Below, piece by piece: positions 36,460 through 48,730 of a stretch of 64,000 nt of DNA. This DNA comes from Antedon mediterranea (Eukaryota; Animalia; Echinodermata). The translations under genes and the position numbers were made by a program. Positions within the stretch are counted from its first letter, which is position 1. Each line of letters begins with the position of its first letter. Where the stretch lies: the NCBI RefSeq assembly GCF_964355755.1, contig NC_092673.1, positions 6,138,001 to 6,202,000 of the forward strand, in the 5' to 3' direction. The notes beneath the pieces were generated by a model that had not been told where the DNA came from, ran no database searches, and saw only the letters and a list, made by a program, of their open reading frames with translations.

Positions 36460-36770
36460 GTCCAGAATCTAACATTTTCCACACAAAACAACACAATGTG
36501 ACCAGAATGTAATCTTTTCCACTCAAAACAACACATGGGCGGGGTCTACAATCTAACTTTTTCTACACAAGAAATGAAATGACTATGTGGAACATACATA
36601 ATAAGTGATGGAGGTAAGGTTTAAAAATGAATTTTTTTTGGTGAACTGAGATGGAATGTCCAGAATCTAACTTTTTCCACACAAACACAACTCCCAGAAT
36701 CTAACCTTTTCTACACAAACACATGAGCTCCACAATAACCTTTTATAAAACAGAATGTAACCATTTCTAC
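36460..36770. repeat. Degenerate repeats CCAGAATCTAAC.TTTTCCACACAAA
   Basis: Five to six imperfect copies. Confidence 0.6.
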
Positions 36771-38163
36771 AGTACTACATATTGTGCTGTTTCAGAAATG
36801 TTTTCTCACGGTCGTGTTAATCATATAAAAAATCATAAGGAATGACAATAATACCAGACAGATGGTAATAAGAACATTATTTATTTATTTTTTATCAAAG
36901 TGCTTTACCATTGCACAAGCAATATATAATGCTGTTTCAACAAGATATTCAAGAGAAAGATTGCTACAACTGGAAATATAGACAAGCCTGCGGTTTTTCT
37001 TTCTTACGACATAAATTACAAGAAACATCTGTCTTCTAAGTACATTTCTTCTCTACTTGCTATTCCGTCACTCCTCTCTAAATAGAACCTAAAAGTATTC
37101 ATTTTTGCGAAAACGAAACATTTCATAGCTATACATTTGTTTTTGTGACAATGTTTATTCAAATTAATATTGATGACGTTGAGGCAAATTATAAGTTCAG
37201 TTTATGTAAATTATAACATTTAATTTTAAATCAATTTGGATTAAAATTGCTGTTGCGTGAACCAACGTTTGTTCTTATACAGTTTATTCAAGAAAAGTCA
37301 GGTTTTGAAAATTTCCAATTTTCAATTTTCAGAGTCTGGTATTGGAAGAGAGACTGTAGGACGACAAAGCTATTTACATACATTTTCAAGTATCTGCTTG
37401 GCAGCGAGTATTACGCACATGTTCTTATTCGAACATGTGATCGGCTAACAATATTATTTTGAGTCAATTAATATTTTTCAGGCAAATACTGTGGGTATGA
37501 GTTAGTAGCTAAAATTATCCAGTAATAAACATCATACTACAGCTGGTATTATTTGTCTGTCGTTTAATATGTTTAATTTCAAAGTTAAATTTCATTTGCT
37601 GTTCTAAAATTTCATTAGGGTAACAATAATTTACTTTGTATTAACATAACTTTTCATTAATATTAGTAATATTTTTGTAAACATTTTCCATTTATTAATT
37701 TGTTGAAAATTTAACAGTAAACGTAGCAAACAATTTGAATATATATAAATATATATTTGAATTTTATAAAAAAAAATTACATTGGTCTAGAACGTAAAAC
37801 ATTGAATACATATAAACTAAATGTCATATTCATTCAACATTCATTATTGCTATTGAAACACTACGTTGTTAAAATGCTCAGGGGAAAGATCCAGTGGCCA
37901 TATTTACCATACACACAGGCTAAGGGAAACACTCCTGAATACAATTTAAGGGAAAAATTAAATTTATTGAGTAAAAGTGAAATACTTATTATATAAGGGA
38001 AATATCTAACTTAAGTGTGATTGGTGAATACGGCCACTGGATAATAGAAGGAGAAGAACAGGGGCATGAATAGTCAAAATAAAAAAAATATCTCCCTGTC
38101 TATAAATCTGTTTCTATATCTGATTAATTGTAGTGTAAATTGTTCCTGAACAACATTTCTCTA

Positions 38164-38380
38164 AAGCTTTGTCTACACTATCACACTTTATGTGACAACA
38201 AATTTGATGTGCCCATAATATATGGACATGATGATGTCATATCACAATCATATTTGGGTATATCACTACCATATTTGGGTATATCACTACCATATTTGGG
38301 TATATCACTACCATATTTGGGTATATCACTACCAAATCACACTTTTTTTTGTTAAACTATAGATAGTTTAGACAGAGCTT
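38164..38380. mobile_element. MITE (same family as 28249-28408) with internal 21-bp tandem expansion
   Basis: TIRs and TA TSD; tandem CATATTTGGGTATATCACTAC copies. Confidence 0.8.
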
Positions 38381-38500
38381 TACATTAGAAACAAAGAAAC
38401 CAAATGTGAACTGTGATTTCACTCAAAAGTGAAACCACAACAATATTGTACTGTGCTAAGGTTAAGAGAAAAATGTATTGTGTCTATTGGATTCAACATA

Positions 38501-39282
38501 GGGCCTGTTTCTGCTGCAACTGCTCAAAATACGGTATAAAATACGGTATATTTTATACCGTATTTTTTAGTACCCCGTTTCTGCTAACAATACTTCTTGG
38601 GTGGTCGTGTTAAATTTCATCTTTTTTACCCAAATTGCCATTCATTTATTTGATCGATAATTAAAAGTTGCAATAAAGGAAGTTTTACGTCTCACTTTCA
38701 ACAGCCTAGCCCTAGTGATAGAGATGTTGTGAGAGCACAGAAAACATCGTAATGGGGACAATTAATTCGTTCCCTCCCCGAGTTATTGTATTTTGCAATG
38801 TTGTACTGCTTTCGCAGGCTCTTCAGCTTTCAGTTTACTTGCTTTGGAGACAAGTCTATTCCATACTCCTGCTTTATTTTTTTAGAAATGTCTTTATAAA
38901 TGTGGTTGTCCCTTTTATTACCTTTTAGTTGGTCAGACATTTTAGCTTCCCCACACACATTTATTTAGTAAAACTGTGACGTATTCGCTCCACATTTTTG
39001 CCGAATATATCTATACATGTGTGTAAAGCAGCGACAGAAAATAAAAACACGAATGGTGACCTTTTGTCATGTAAAAAAAAATACGGTATTTTTTATTGGC
39101 AGCAGAAACGGGTACAAAAAATACGGTATAAATTTGTAAATTTTGTGGGGAAAATACGGTATACAAAATACGGTATATTTTTTATGAGCGCAGTTTCTGC
39201 TGCCAAAAATATACCGTATATATACGGTATTCAAAAAATACCGTATAATATACGGTATTTAGTTGGCAGCAGAAACAGGGCC
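38501..39282 (-). mobile_element. Second, inverted copy of the Harbinger non-autonomous element
   Basis: Near-identical reverse complement of 11249-12071; 3-bp TSD ATA. Confidence 0.88.
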
Positions 39283-40119
39283 ATATTGTACCTAGAGATG
39301 AGACAGATAGCTATAAAAGTTTTTGAGGGTATACAGTAATTGGTGGGTGTCAGTGGTAAGTGAGCGACAAGACAACATTACAATTTCTGTCCATGGTGTA
39401 GTTTGGTTGTGGTCCTAATTGCCTGTCATGTCAAGTACTCTTTTTAAAAATAAGGCATTGAGACAGTCTATAAGCTAGTTCCTCATTGTGAGATCTTTGC
39501 TATCTCCAGTATAATTTAAAGAGACCATACAGTTTGTTCAACTATAATATTGTACAATTGTATTTCTCACAATAAAGTTGACTGATAAATTAAATGTACC
39601 ATACATTTTTATTAGAAATATTATAAAATATTATGCCTAGATTCATAGTACAAAGTTCAGTTTAACAGAATTGGAAATGAAATTGTGAATATAAATCTTA
39701 AATTATGGATATAAATATTTATTTATTTAAATAATGGCTTTTTAGTTTAACATCAAAATCAACTTGAACATTTTATAGATGTTCTGGGTAGCACAGATGG
39801 CCAATAAGTTATTATTACTAGCTCGTCATCCACCACAGTAAACCATTGAGAAAAATAAACCTAATTTGGCTTAAGCGTTGCCCCTATTTATGATAATTCC
39901 TTGTATTGTTAATTATTTTATTATTAAAATATCAATATTTATATGCATTATTCTACACAATTAAGCTTGGTTTTTTTTATGACCATATTTAATGAGGGTG
40001 ATCCATCCAGCAATTGCTGATCATTAAGGAAATGACAAACAGATACACAAGATGCTCTACATGAACAAAGTCTTATTACAAGTCTTTGGGAGTGGAGTTG
40101 TAATTTGTCCTTTAGAAAA

Positions 40120-40200
40120 AATCCTGACATGTGACGGGACTTGAACCCAGGACCCTTGGAGTGGTAGCCAAGCATCATAACCACCAAGCCACAACCCCAC
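40120..40200 (-). pseudogene. tRNA-derived SINE head
   Basis: Minus strand GTGGCTTGGTGG...GGGTTCAAGTCCC. Confidence 0.5.
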
Positions 40201-41207
40201 TCATGGTTCCCACTAGGACGTAGCGCAATGCAAGTAATTTGACCATCAGTATCACACAAGCGACGGATTATTGAAAATGTCGCTCATCATTGGTCAACTC
40301 GATTGCACTGCGCTTACATCTTTGCATGGTGTCCTGGGAACCAAGCCATTGGCTTATAATTGGTATTATATAGTTCTGAATGAAAAGCGCAATTTGAAAA
40401 TACGATGTTTGAATTTACTACAGAAATCAAAAAGGAAAAAACGGAATCATATTAATTATAATCGTCGGATTTAATAGCCTTTTGGAAACTATCGTGCATG
40501 ATATAATTACTATATTCAATACAGACATTTCAATAATCTATTTCATGTAGTTAAATTCTAATTCATAGATAGTGCTATCATGCAATATCATTAGCTTTAA
40601 TTATTAATGAAAACTGAAATTAAAACTTAGTTTATCATAGTAGAAGATCCAATGTGTTAAATTTATTCTGATGTTCATTCAATGATGAAAGTCTGAAATT
40701 TAAAAGAAGTTAATTCTATTGGTTAATAATTTTAAAATATTTCAGATTATCGAAAAAGTGTGTATGATTTATAAATAAAAAATGAAGCATTATGTATTAT
40801 TAACTGGCATGTCTCCTATAGAAACATATTTCAAAATGTAATAAATAATCAAATGAGAAAGATATCTAAACTTAATCTAATTTATAAAATCAATTTTTTT
40901 GTTGAAATTGTGTTATGAGTTTGTGTTTTTAGTTTAGTTGTATTTTTTTTAATTGTAGTATAGTAAGTAAATGATTTGAGATTTGCAAATACTACAGTAG
41001 TTCTGTATCCAGTAGTAATTAGCTATAAACAACGATTTTGTTTTCATGTGGTGTGCTAATTGTGTATTTGCAGGGGGTTTAGTGCTTTTTAACAATAATA
41101 ATAATTTTAAACAAATTGACATACCGAGACACACCACATGATTTAATCCCTTTTATGTTGGTTCGATGGGGCTTGTCATGCTTTTTTGGAGGTTTGCAGG
41201 GCCCTAA

Positions 41208-41386
41208 AGCGTGGTTCCCACTAGCGACGCAACACAAGGACGTAACGCAACGCAAGTGAATTGACCAATCACAAGCGATGGCTTATTCGCTTGTGATTGC
41301 TAACTGTCTATAACTTCGCTTGTCATTGGTTAAAACGCTTGCGTTGCGTTTACGTCCTTGCGTTACGTTCTAGTGGGAACCAAGCT
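41208..41386. mobile_element. Palindromic Tourist/Harbinger-type MITE
   Basis: TIR AGC.TGGTTCCCACTAG, TAA TSD, long internal palindrome; decayed copy at 40203-40346. Confidence 0.8.
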
Positions 41387-41865
41387 TAATACTTAATAGC
41401 AATACTCGTTTTGTATTTGTTTCAAAACTTTAAATTGAAGTTATGTATATATAATAATAATATAATATGGTTTGTTTAAACACGAAAACTTGGCTAAACT
41501 AGCAGTTGTTTTTCTGCAAGGCCGTGTATAGGATACAGTATTTTATTCCTAAACACCTTTCTGCCCCTTCTTTTGTAATATAGTTATCACAGCATACTGT
41601 ATTTATTGTCTATTAAATATTATTGATCTTTCCCCAGATTTTCCTAGAATAAACCCAGATGGTACACATAACACAATATTGTCTTTAGAAATCAATTTTT
41701 AAAATATTTATTTTGTAGCCAGATTGAGTAAATGTCAATTAATGAGGCCTATATTCCCAAGGACAACCAAGTCTTGCTGCTTCGTTCAAAAGGTTTACAT
41801 TAAAACAAGCTGTGTAACTATTTTTCCTCACCTACTGTAAATCATAAGATAGTTCATTAAAAATT

Positions 41866-42222
41866 AATACGGCTTTACCACATTGAAACACAGTTCTCGT
41901 CAGATCAACAAAGTTAAGCGACGTTGGGCCTGGTTAGAGCTTGGATGGGAGACCATCTGGGAATATCGGGTGCTGTATTTGGAGCTGGGGTTTTGTTAGA
42001 CATTTGAAATCAGCATTGCTGACTCTTATGGCAGCCCCTGCATCTAGTATCTGCCTTTCCTCTGGTAAAGGTGGGCACCGGACAAGAGGAGCCCTTGATC
42101 AATGTTTGGACCAATCAAGGTGCTTTAAACAGTCCTGGCTTTGTTTGTATCAAACCTGTTAGTGGCGGTAATTATCGCTGTTCGTTTTGATTGAATAAAA
42201 TAAAAAATAAAAAAAATAAAAA
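41866..42222 (+). mobile_element. 5S rRNA-derived SINE (SINE3-like)
   Basis: 41866-41977 is colinear with 5S rRNA (AGTTAAGC box A, TGGATGGGAGACC box C); unrelated body and A-rich tail follow. Confidence 0.75.
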
Positions 42223-42719
42223 TGTTTATAAGAATGGGAAGAATAATTTCACAAATTGAAATATTGACTGTGCAGTATATGATATCTAATTTCTTCTCAA
42301 ACTTAATTTTTTGCATTTCTTAGTTTTTAATCTTTCTAAGTTGATTTTTTTTTTATTATATAAAGTCAATTTTTGAAGATCTCTTCAGTGGTTTGTCATG
42401 AAAAAGCATTCTTTGTAAATATTGTTTATACTGCAATTTGTTTTCCTGTACTGTATAATTTATTTACTAATACTATATACCCAGATCAATATGGTAGTTT
42501 AAAACTGTCAATGTAGATAGACAGTAGCATCATAAGTTGATAAACCAATCATGCTAAAAATAGCTCAGTTGTAGATCATAAAGGATATAATGAAAGGAAG
42601 GAAATGAGATATATTAAAGATTTTGGTAAGTTAAAACTTAGGCTTTGTTTAGACTACTGTAGCAATTTACCATTCAAACTACCATAAATGAATGTTTGAA
42701 TGACTGAGTGAGTGAATTA

Positions 42720-43144
42720 GGTCCTGTTTCTGCTGCAAAAAGATAACCGGTTTAATAACTATTTGAATAAATTAACCTCAATTTCTTGGGAGCAGAAACA
42801 GGACAAATTTTCAATAACTGGTTAAATGGCAGCCTATATATAGTTATATAAAACAACGGTTAAAAACATGCAATTGAATATGTGTAACAGAATACTTTTT
42901 AACCGCTTATTCACTGTGCAACGTAAAATAACAGTTATTTGATTGACAGCTGTAGCATCTTGAACGTTTGCATTGCATTTTGGGTAATGTTAACATTATA
43001 ATGACCAACCATTATAAGAGGTATAAAACTAATTTTAGACTTCCATGGACCGATTATTAAATTGCAGATTATTTTGCAGCAGAAATTGAGCACAAACATG
43101 GTTGGCATACAAATTATTTGGCACTATGCAGCAGAAACAGATAC
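42720..43144. mobile_element. Harbinger-type MITE related to 11249-12071
   Basis: TIR CTGTTTCTGCTGCA / TGCAGCAGAAACAG, TTA TSD. Confidence 0.65.
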
Positions 43145-43539
43145 TTAGACTTAGAGCCACACCAATCTCAAGTCATTTTGTTGAACACTGAACAAAAGTT
43201 CAAAATAATATTTTCATAACCTTGATTAAAAAATCACTACAGAAAAGAGGTTTGGAATTGTTAAGTCAATAATATTGCACAAAATACAACCCTATTGTTA
43301 AAATCATAGACCTACATACAACTGTGTCCATGATCAAATGATGCATTAAAATTTAGCTTGAAATTTTCATCAAAAAGTTAATGATGCATTATATAAAAAT
43401 ATCAAAATTTGACTTAATTACAATACAGTACAATATTTTAATTTACAGTAACACACAAATTCATAACTGAAGTGAACATGAAAATCAAATTACAATGTAC
43501 TACAATAACTATTGGAAGAAGAAGATACTAATCTAATAC

Positions 43540-44270
43540 TTATGTCCCCTCTACTTTACAATGTGTACACTGATCCGTTAACTGTTGAACTGACTAAGTC
43601 AAAAGAAGGTTGTGAAATTAACAGTCTTAAACTGAATTGCCTAAGATTTGCCGATGACTTGGTCCTTTTGGCTCCGTCAGTGACTGGCTTACAAAGCCTA
43701 ATTGGACTCTGTGAAGGTTTTGCTAGTGACCATGATATTACTTTTAATGAAACCAAATCCAAATGCTTGCTATTTTGCCCGAAAGTCCGCAACCTCAAAG
43801 GTGTTCCACATATTACCTTAAATGGGGCACCTCTAATCGTTGATAATTCAATAACCTATCTTGGTCATGTGATCAGTAATAACCTGAGTGATGAAAGTGA
43901 CATCAAACGTCAATATCGATCTATTTGCATTAGGGCCAACTCTCTAAATAGAAAGTTTGGAAAATGTTCTACTAAGACTAAATGTTATCTATTTAAGAGT
44001 TACTGTGTCAGCATGTACTGTTCATTGTAGTGCATGATGTTGGTCTTAAATGACGTCCCATCCTTTGATGAGTTCATTAGAAAATCTGTTTTTAGTTTTA
44101 AAAATCGTGTGAACGCAAGTACTGTAGTAATTCCTTGATCATGGCCATTAATCGCCACGTTCTTAATGTGTCAAGAATGCACATACAATGGAATTTTTTT
44201 TCTCTCTTTTGCTATGGATATAATATTATGTCACCATGATATTCCGAAATAAAAAGATAAATGAAAAAAA
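43540..44270 (+). mobile_element. 5'-truncated LINE (CR1/L2 group) RT fragment
   Basis: MSPLLYNVYTD...FADDLVLL...FNETKSKC...YLGH motifs; ends in AATAAA/A-rich tail. Confidence 0.85.
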
Positions 44271-45444
44271 ATAATGAGGTCATTAATAGCAGAATATTAA
44301 AAACTTGAAACCTGTGTACATTTAAATGGAGTGATATGAGAAAATTAAATAAATACTACGGAAAAAACGAAAAAATATGGCCACTGGTTAGTTTACCCTC
44401 CGTGAATTAAAACCAGTGTTCATATTGGGATTTCCTTGGTCAACTTTTAGCTAAATAAAGTGCAGTGTGATCAAGGCTTAATTCGAATGGTCAAATTTAC
44501 CAGTGCAAAAAAGGCTTCAGACGCAATTAGAAACTAGAGAGGGACTAGAAATTAAAACATGTTAAGTAAGAAAATAGAAATATAAAAAAAAAAAAATGTA
44601 CCAGCATTCTTACCTTTAGACTTCGACCTCTCATTATTAAAGCCTTTGAATTAAAATACAATCCTTATTGAAAAACAGAATACGTTGTTTTTTATTCAGA
44701 ATATAATACTCCTTATATACATTCAAAACTATTGAATAAATCCTTTATGATTTCAACTGCAGTGCTAGAGGCTGTGATTTAACATAGCTTTGGTAAAAAT
44801 CAGTGCAATAGAAATTAAAACCAGAGAAATAAACAATTCAAGTAACTCTATCCATACTGTCCCAGCAAATTATTAACTTTAATTAATTCAAGCAAAAACA
44901 CATATGCACGCCATACGGAAACACAATCTGTAGGAATAATCCGGTAGGTATTGCATTCAATTCCATACACTTGCAGAGAGAAAGTTAATTCCAGGCCTAC
45001 ATAATAATAATAAACCAGTGCTGCTACTATATGCTTGTCTGCCTTCACCGCAACTGATAGTGTGTGACATAATGTGTGGAATTAGCTAGCCACACATGAA
45101 GATCAATGGAAAAGCAACCGACCAATGACAGACAAGATCTGTAAGCTAACACAATGAATGGCTGCTAAGTGGTGGTACGTACGGTATAAGTATTTTGTAC
45201 AGGAGTACTAGTAGTTTACTAGTAGGCCTACTGAGCTAATGATCCAATAGATGTAGTACTGTAATTGACGATTTCCAATAGGTCAACTAAATTCTATACA
45301 TACTGTTGTCAATATGTGACAGAGAACATTAGTTATGGAACAAAATACTGTGAAATAGTGCATAATGATCAAATACATTATTTACAAAAAAGGTTACAAA
45401 ATGACCTACATTTAATGGTCCAACATTTAAAAACTAAAAAAACA

Positions 45445-46300
45445 ACAAAACACAAGTATAGTAAAGATGGGAAAAAGAAGGCTAAAAAAGGATGATGTGG
45501 AGACCGTGTAAATAAACATGGTACAAAAAAAACACAAAACTAGTAAAGATGGGGAAAAAGGGGCTGCAAAAGGATGATGTGGAGACCGTGTGAATAAAAA
45601 TGGTACAAAAAAACACAAGAATAGTAAGGATGGGGATAAGGGGGCTGCAAAAGGATGATGTGGAGACCATGTGAATAAACATGGTACAACAAAACACAAG
45701 ACTAGTAAAGATGGAGAAAAGGGGGTTGCAAGCAAAAGGATGATGTGGAGACCGTGTAAATAAGCATGGTACAAAAAAACACAAGACTAGTAAGGATGGG
45801 GATAAGGGGGCTGCAAAAGGATGATGTGGAAACCGTGTGAATAAACATGGTACAAAAAAACACAAAACTAGTAAAGATGGGAAAAAGGGGGCTACAAAAG
45901 GATGATATGGAGACCCCGTGAATAAACATGGTACACCAATCCATCACACGGTTAAAGTATGAAGATGGGCAAAAAAAGGGCCGGATACAAAGAGAAGGTA
46001 GAGACTGTGGAATTAAACATGGTACCATCAAACGGTCAAGAAAGATGGGCAAAAAAAGGGCCGGATACAAAGAGAAGGTAGAGACTGTGGAATTAAACAT
46101 GGTACCATCAAACGGTCAAGAAAGATAGGCAAAAAAAGGGCTTCTGTCAAAGAGAAGGTAGAGACTGTGGAATTAAACATGGTACCATCAAACGGTCAAG
46201 AAAGATAGGCAAAAAAAGGGCTTCTGTCAAAGAGAAGGTAGAGACTGTGGAATTAAATATATTTTACCATCAAAAGGTCAAGAAAGATGGGCACAATGGG
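45445..46300. repeat. Compound minisatellite: about 81-bp x6 followed by 80-bp x4
   Basis: Phase points 45461, 45543, 45624, 45705, 45790, 45871; then 45963, 46043, 46123, 46203. Confidence 0.92.
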
Positions 46301-47559
46301 CTACGAAGTGAAAACCGTGTAAATCAACATGGTACCATCAAACCGTGAAGAAAATGTACAAGGAGCAGCAAACGTGAAACAAATTCAGTCAAATGTCAGT
46401 GGCGGACAATAGTGGCAACAGAAGAGATGGGCTAAAAATGCTAGATGAGGGCAAGGATAAAACAAAGTTACAAAATAGTTTCTTCTATTTATTAGGACAA
46501 GAAATGTTCCCAACAAAACCTCCCATAAAATGTCTATCCTGCAACAAAGCAAGAATGATTGACAAATTATTATATGTAGTTAGCAGATAATGATTAATTG
46601 AATCCAACTGTGTATTTTAATCTGATGGGTTTGTGTCTGTTCTTAAGTTAGTAGGTGTTCTCTACTACTTGTTCTTATTACTAATATGAGATATGTTCTT
46701 TTAGTAGGTGTCTTTATGCGAGTCTCAGCAGTACCAGCTGGACAATAACTCTATCATATTATTAATCAACTGGACCAGGATACTCAAGCTGGTACAGCCA
46801 GCTAAAAACATCAATCAACATAGTTTTAATAATTAATTATGACCATTCTAGATCAACTAGGCCAATACATTAGGACCACAGATGGTCGTACAATGGCTTT
46901 AATATTGTAAATTTGCTTGTGAGTACAGTAAAGCTATTTTGTTATTGTATTTTAAAACAGAAAGCAACACATTTATACATCAAAATTCAGTTATCTTTGT
47001 AATCTGAGTGAAAATGTTGAAAACCTAAAGCACAATGGTAGGACGAGAGACAAGTCTAAAATGTGGGCGTCTCACGGCCAAACGGGAGTGTTGGCATGTA
47101 TGATTCATTTACAAATTGTAAAGAAAGTTTTATTTTAACCTGGTTTATATTCTCAATATCTAGACAAATTCCATATGGATTACAATTTTAATAGGATTTA
47201 TAAACAAGCACTTGCGAGTAGTAATTTTAGTTTTCGACGACAGCATTTTAGCGTAAATGAGTCTGTCACTTTATAGAAATGTGTAATACATCACACAAAT
47301 CGATGAGGATGCAGAAATCACCTGTATATTTTGAAAGATGAGTTAAAGTAATGACTTTCCTCAAGTCATATAAAACATAATTGAATGTGAAATTACAACA
47401 ATCTGTCATCACTTTTAGATACAGAAAGTTAATATAGTATTCATGTGTTGTAGTTGTACACTAGAAATACTACAGAAACTGATAACTAATAGTACTAACT
47501 AAAGAGTTATATGAAGGCTAGAGAGCTAATTAATGCTAACAGGGCCCATTTTTTAGGGA

Positions 47560-48012
47560 ACATACAGCCATACATCGCTTAAACACCGATTATCATAAGA
47601 TCACCAAGTTAAACAATGTTGGGCCCGGTTGCATTCTGAATGGAAGACCGTCTGGGATCGAGTCGGGTGCTGTAATCCGGGAAGTTATGTAATGAAAAGT
47701 AGAGGTAATGAAAATATCTAGCATGTAACAGGCATGGGTTCGAGTCTGTACCATACTAATTGTATCCTTAGGCAAGATGCTTTACTCTCATTGCCTTGTC
47801 CTTCAGATGGGACATAAAGCCGTTGGTCCCGTGTACATACAGTGCAGGTTAAAGAACTTGGATCTGGTAGGCGTCCGCATTGGTGGCTGCTGTGGGTCTG
47901 TAAAGGGCCTAATCCAAATTTCCTCAGTTTCCAGAAGCTTTAGGACCAGTATAAATACCTTTACTTTTATCCCTAGGTAAAGCGATACAGTTTCCATTAA
48001 TTATTCATTATT
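47560..48012 (+). mobile_element. Chimeric 5S + tRNA-headed SINE with CORE-like and Deu/Nin-like segments
   Basis: 5S-like 47560-47674, B box GGTTCGAGTC near 47737, TGTATCCTTAGGCAAG, CAGATGGGACATAAAGCCGTTGGTCCCGTGT...GTTAAAGAAC. Confidence 0.6.
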
Positions 48013-48439
48013 TGTATCTAGTAACCATGATGGAAGTTATTACTTGGTAAAGGTTTGCAAACAAAGTAAGTATTGTATAAGAAACAACAATTGTACTGTT
48101 ATAAACAACATTACATGGAGATAAGTCATAATGAAATGCATCTCATTTCATCTGATGAATAGTTTCTGCACATCAAACTTTGCATGAAAATAATAGAGCT
48201 TTGATGCCAGTGACGTGCCACAAACTCCCAGAAGACTGATTTAACTCATAAAACTAATTGTGAGGCAATCTTAAGCTGTTGAAATATGCTAATTTGTATT
48301 CTGATTCAACCGAGTGAACGGAAAATAGAATATTATTACGGTTCAATTTAAATTGAATATTAATTTTCACTTAAATGTTGGTAAATGTGTAAAATGAAAG
48401 AAACATAAATCATATTTTGTAATTAATTTGATATTTCGT

Positions 48440-48730
48440 TTATGTTAATGAGTTTCATTTATTATCGTCTTGCAGTTGGGAACTTAAAGAATTTATTTCC
48501 AGTTAATATTGTTTGTACTGTGTATATATATTTTTTATCTGTCAACGATTTTAACTTCTATATGAATTTTATAAATCATTGTAAATTTATTGGCCTATAT
48601 TATGTCATTTAAATATTAAATACTTTATGTGTTGTACTGTATGTTTTATCGAGGGCCCTAAATGATCAGTTCCATTAGGAACTGGATATGCTCCCTCAGT
48701 AAAAATGTACTAATAAATAAATAAATAAAT
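48440..48730 (+). mobile_element. Probable LINE 3' end with (TAAA)n tail
   Basis: T-rich UTR, GC hairpin-like segment, (AATA)n tail. Confidence 0.4.

Noticed and set aside
36860-37460. Possible L1/Tx1 3' remnant on the minus strand
   Set aside because: Coding-like composition and an A-rich tail, but no motif I could confirm.
41866-41977. Functional 5S rRNA genes (also 47560-47674)
   Set aside because: Many substitutions and indels, broken terminal helix, and SINE-like bodies follow.
45427-46128. Overlapping 66-132 aa ORFs
   Set aside because: Translations of the minisatellite; no splice or homology support.
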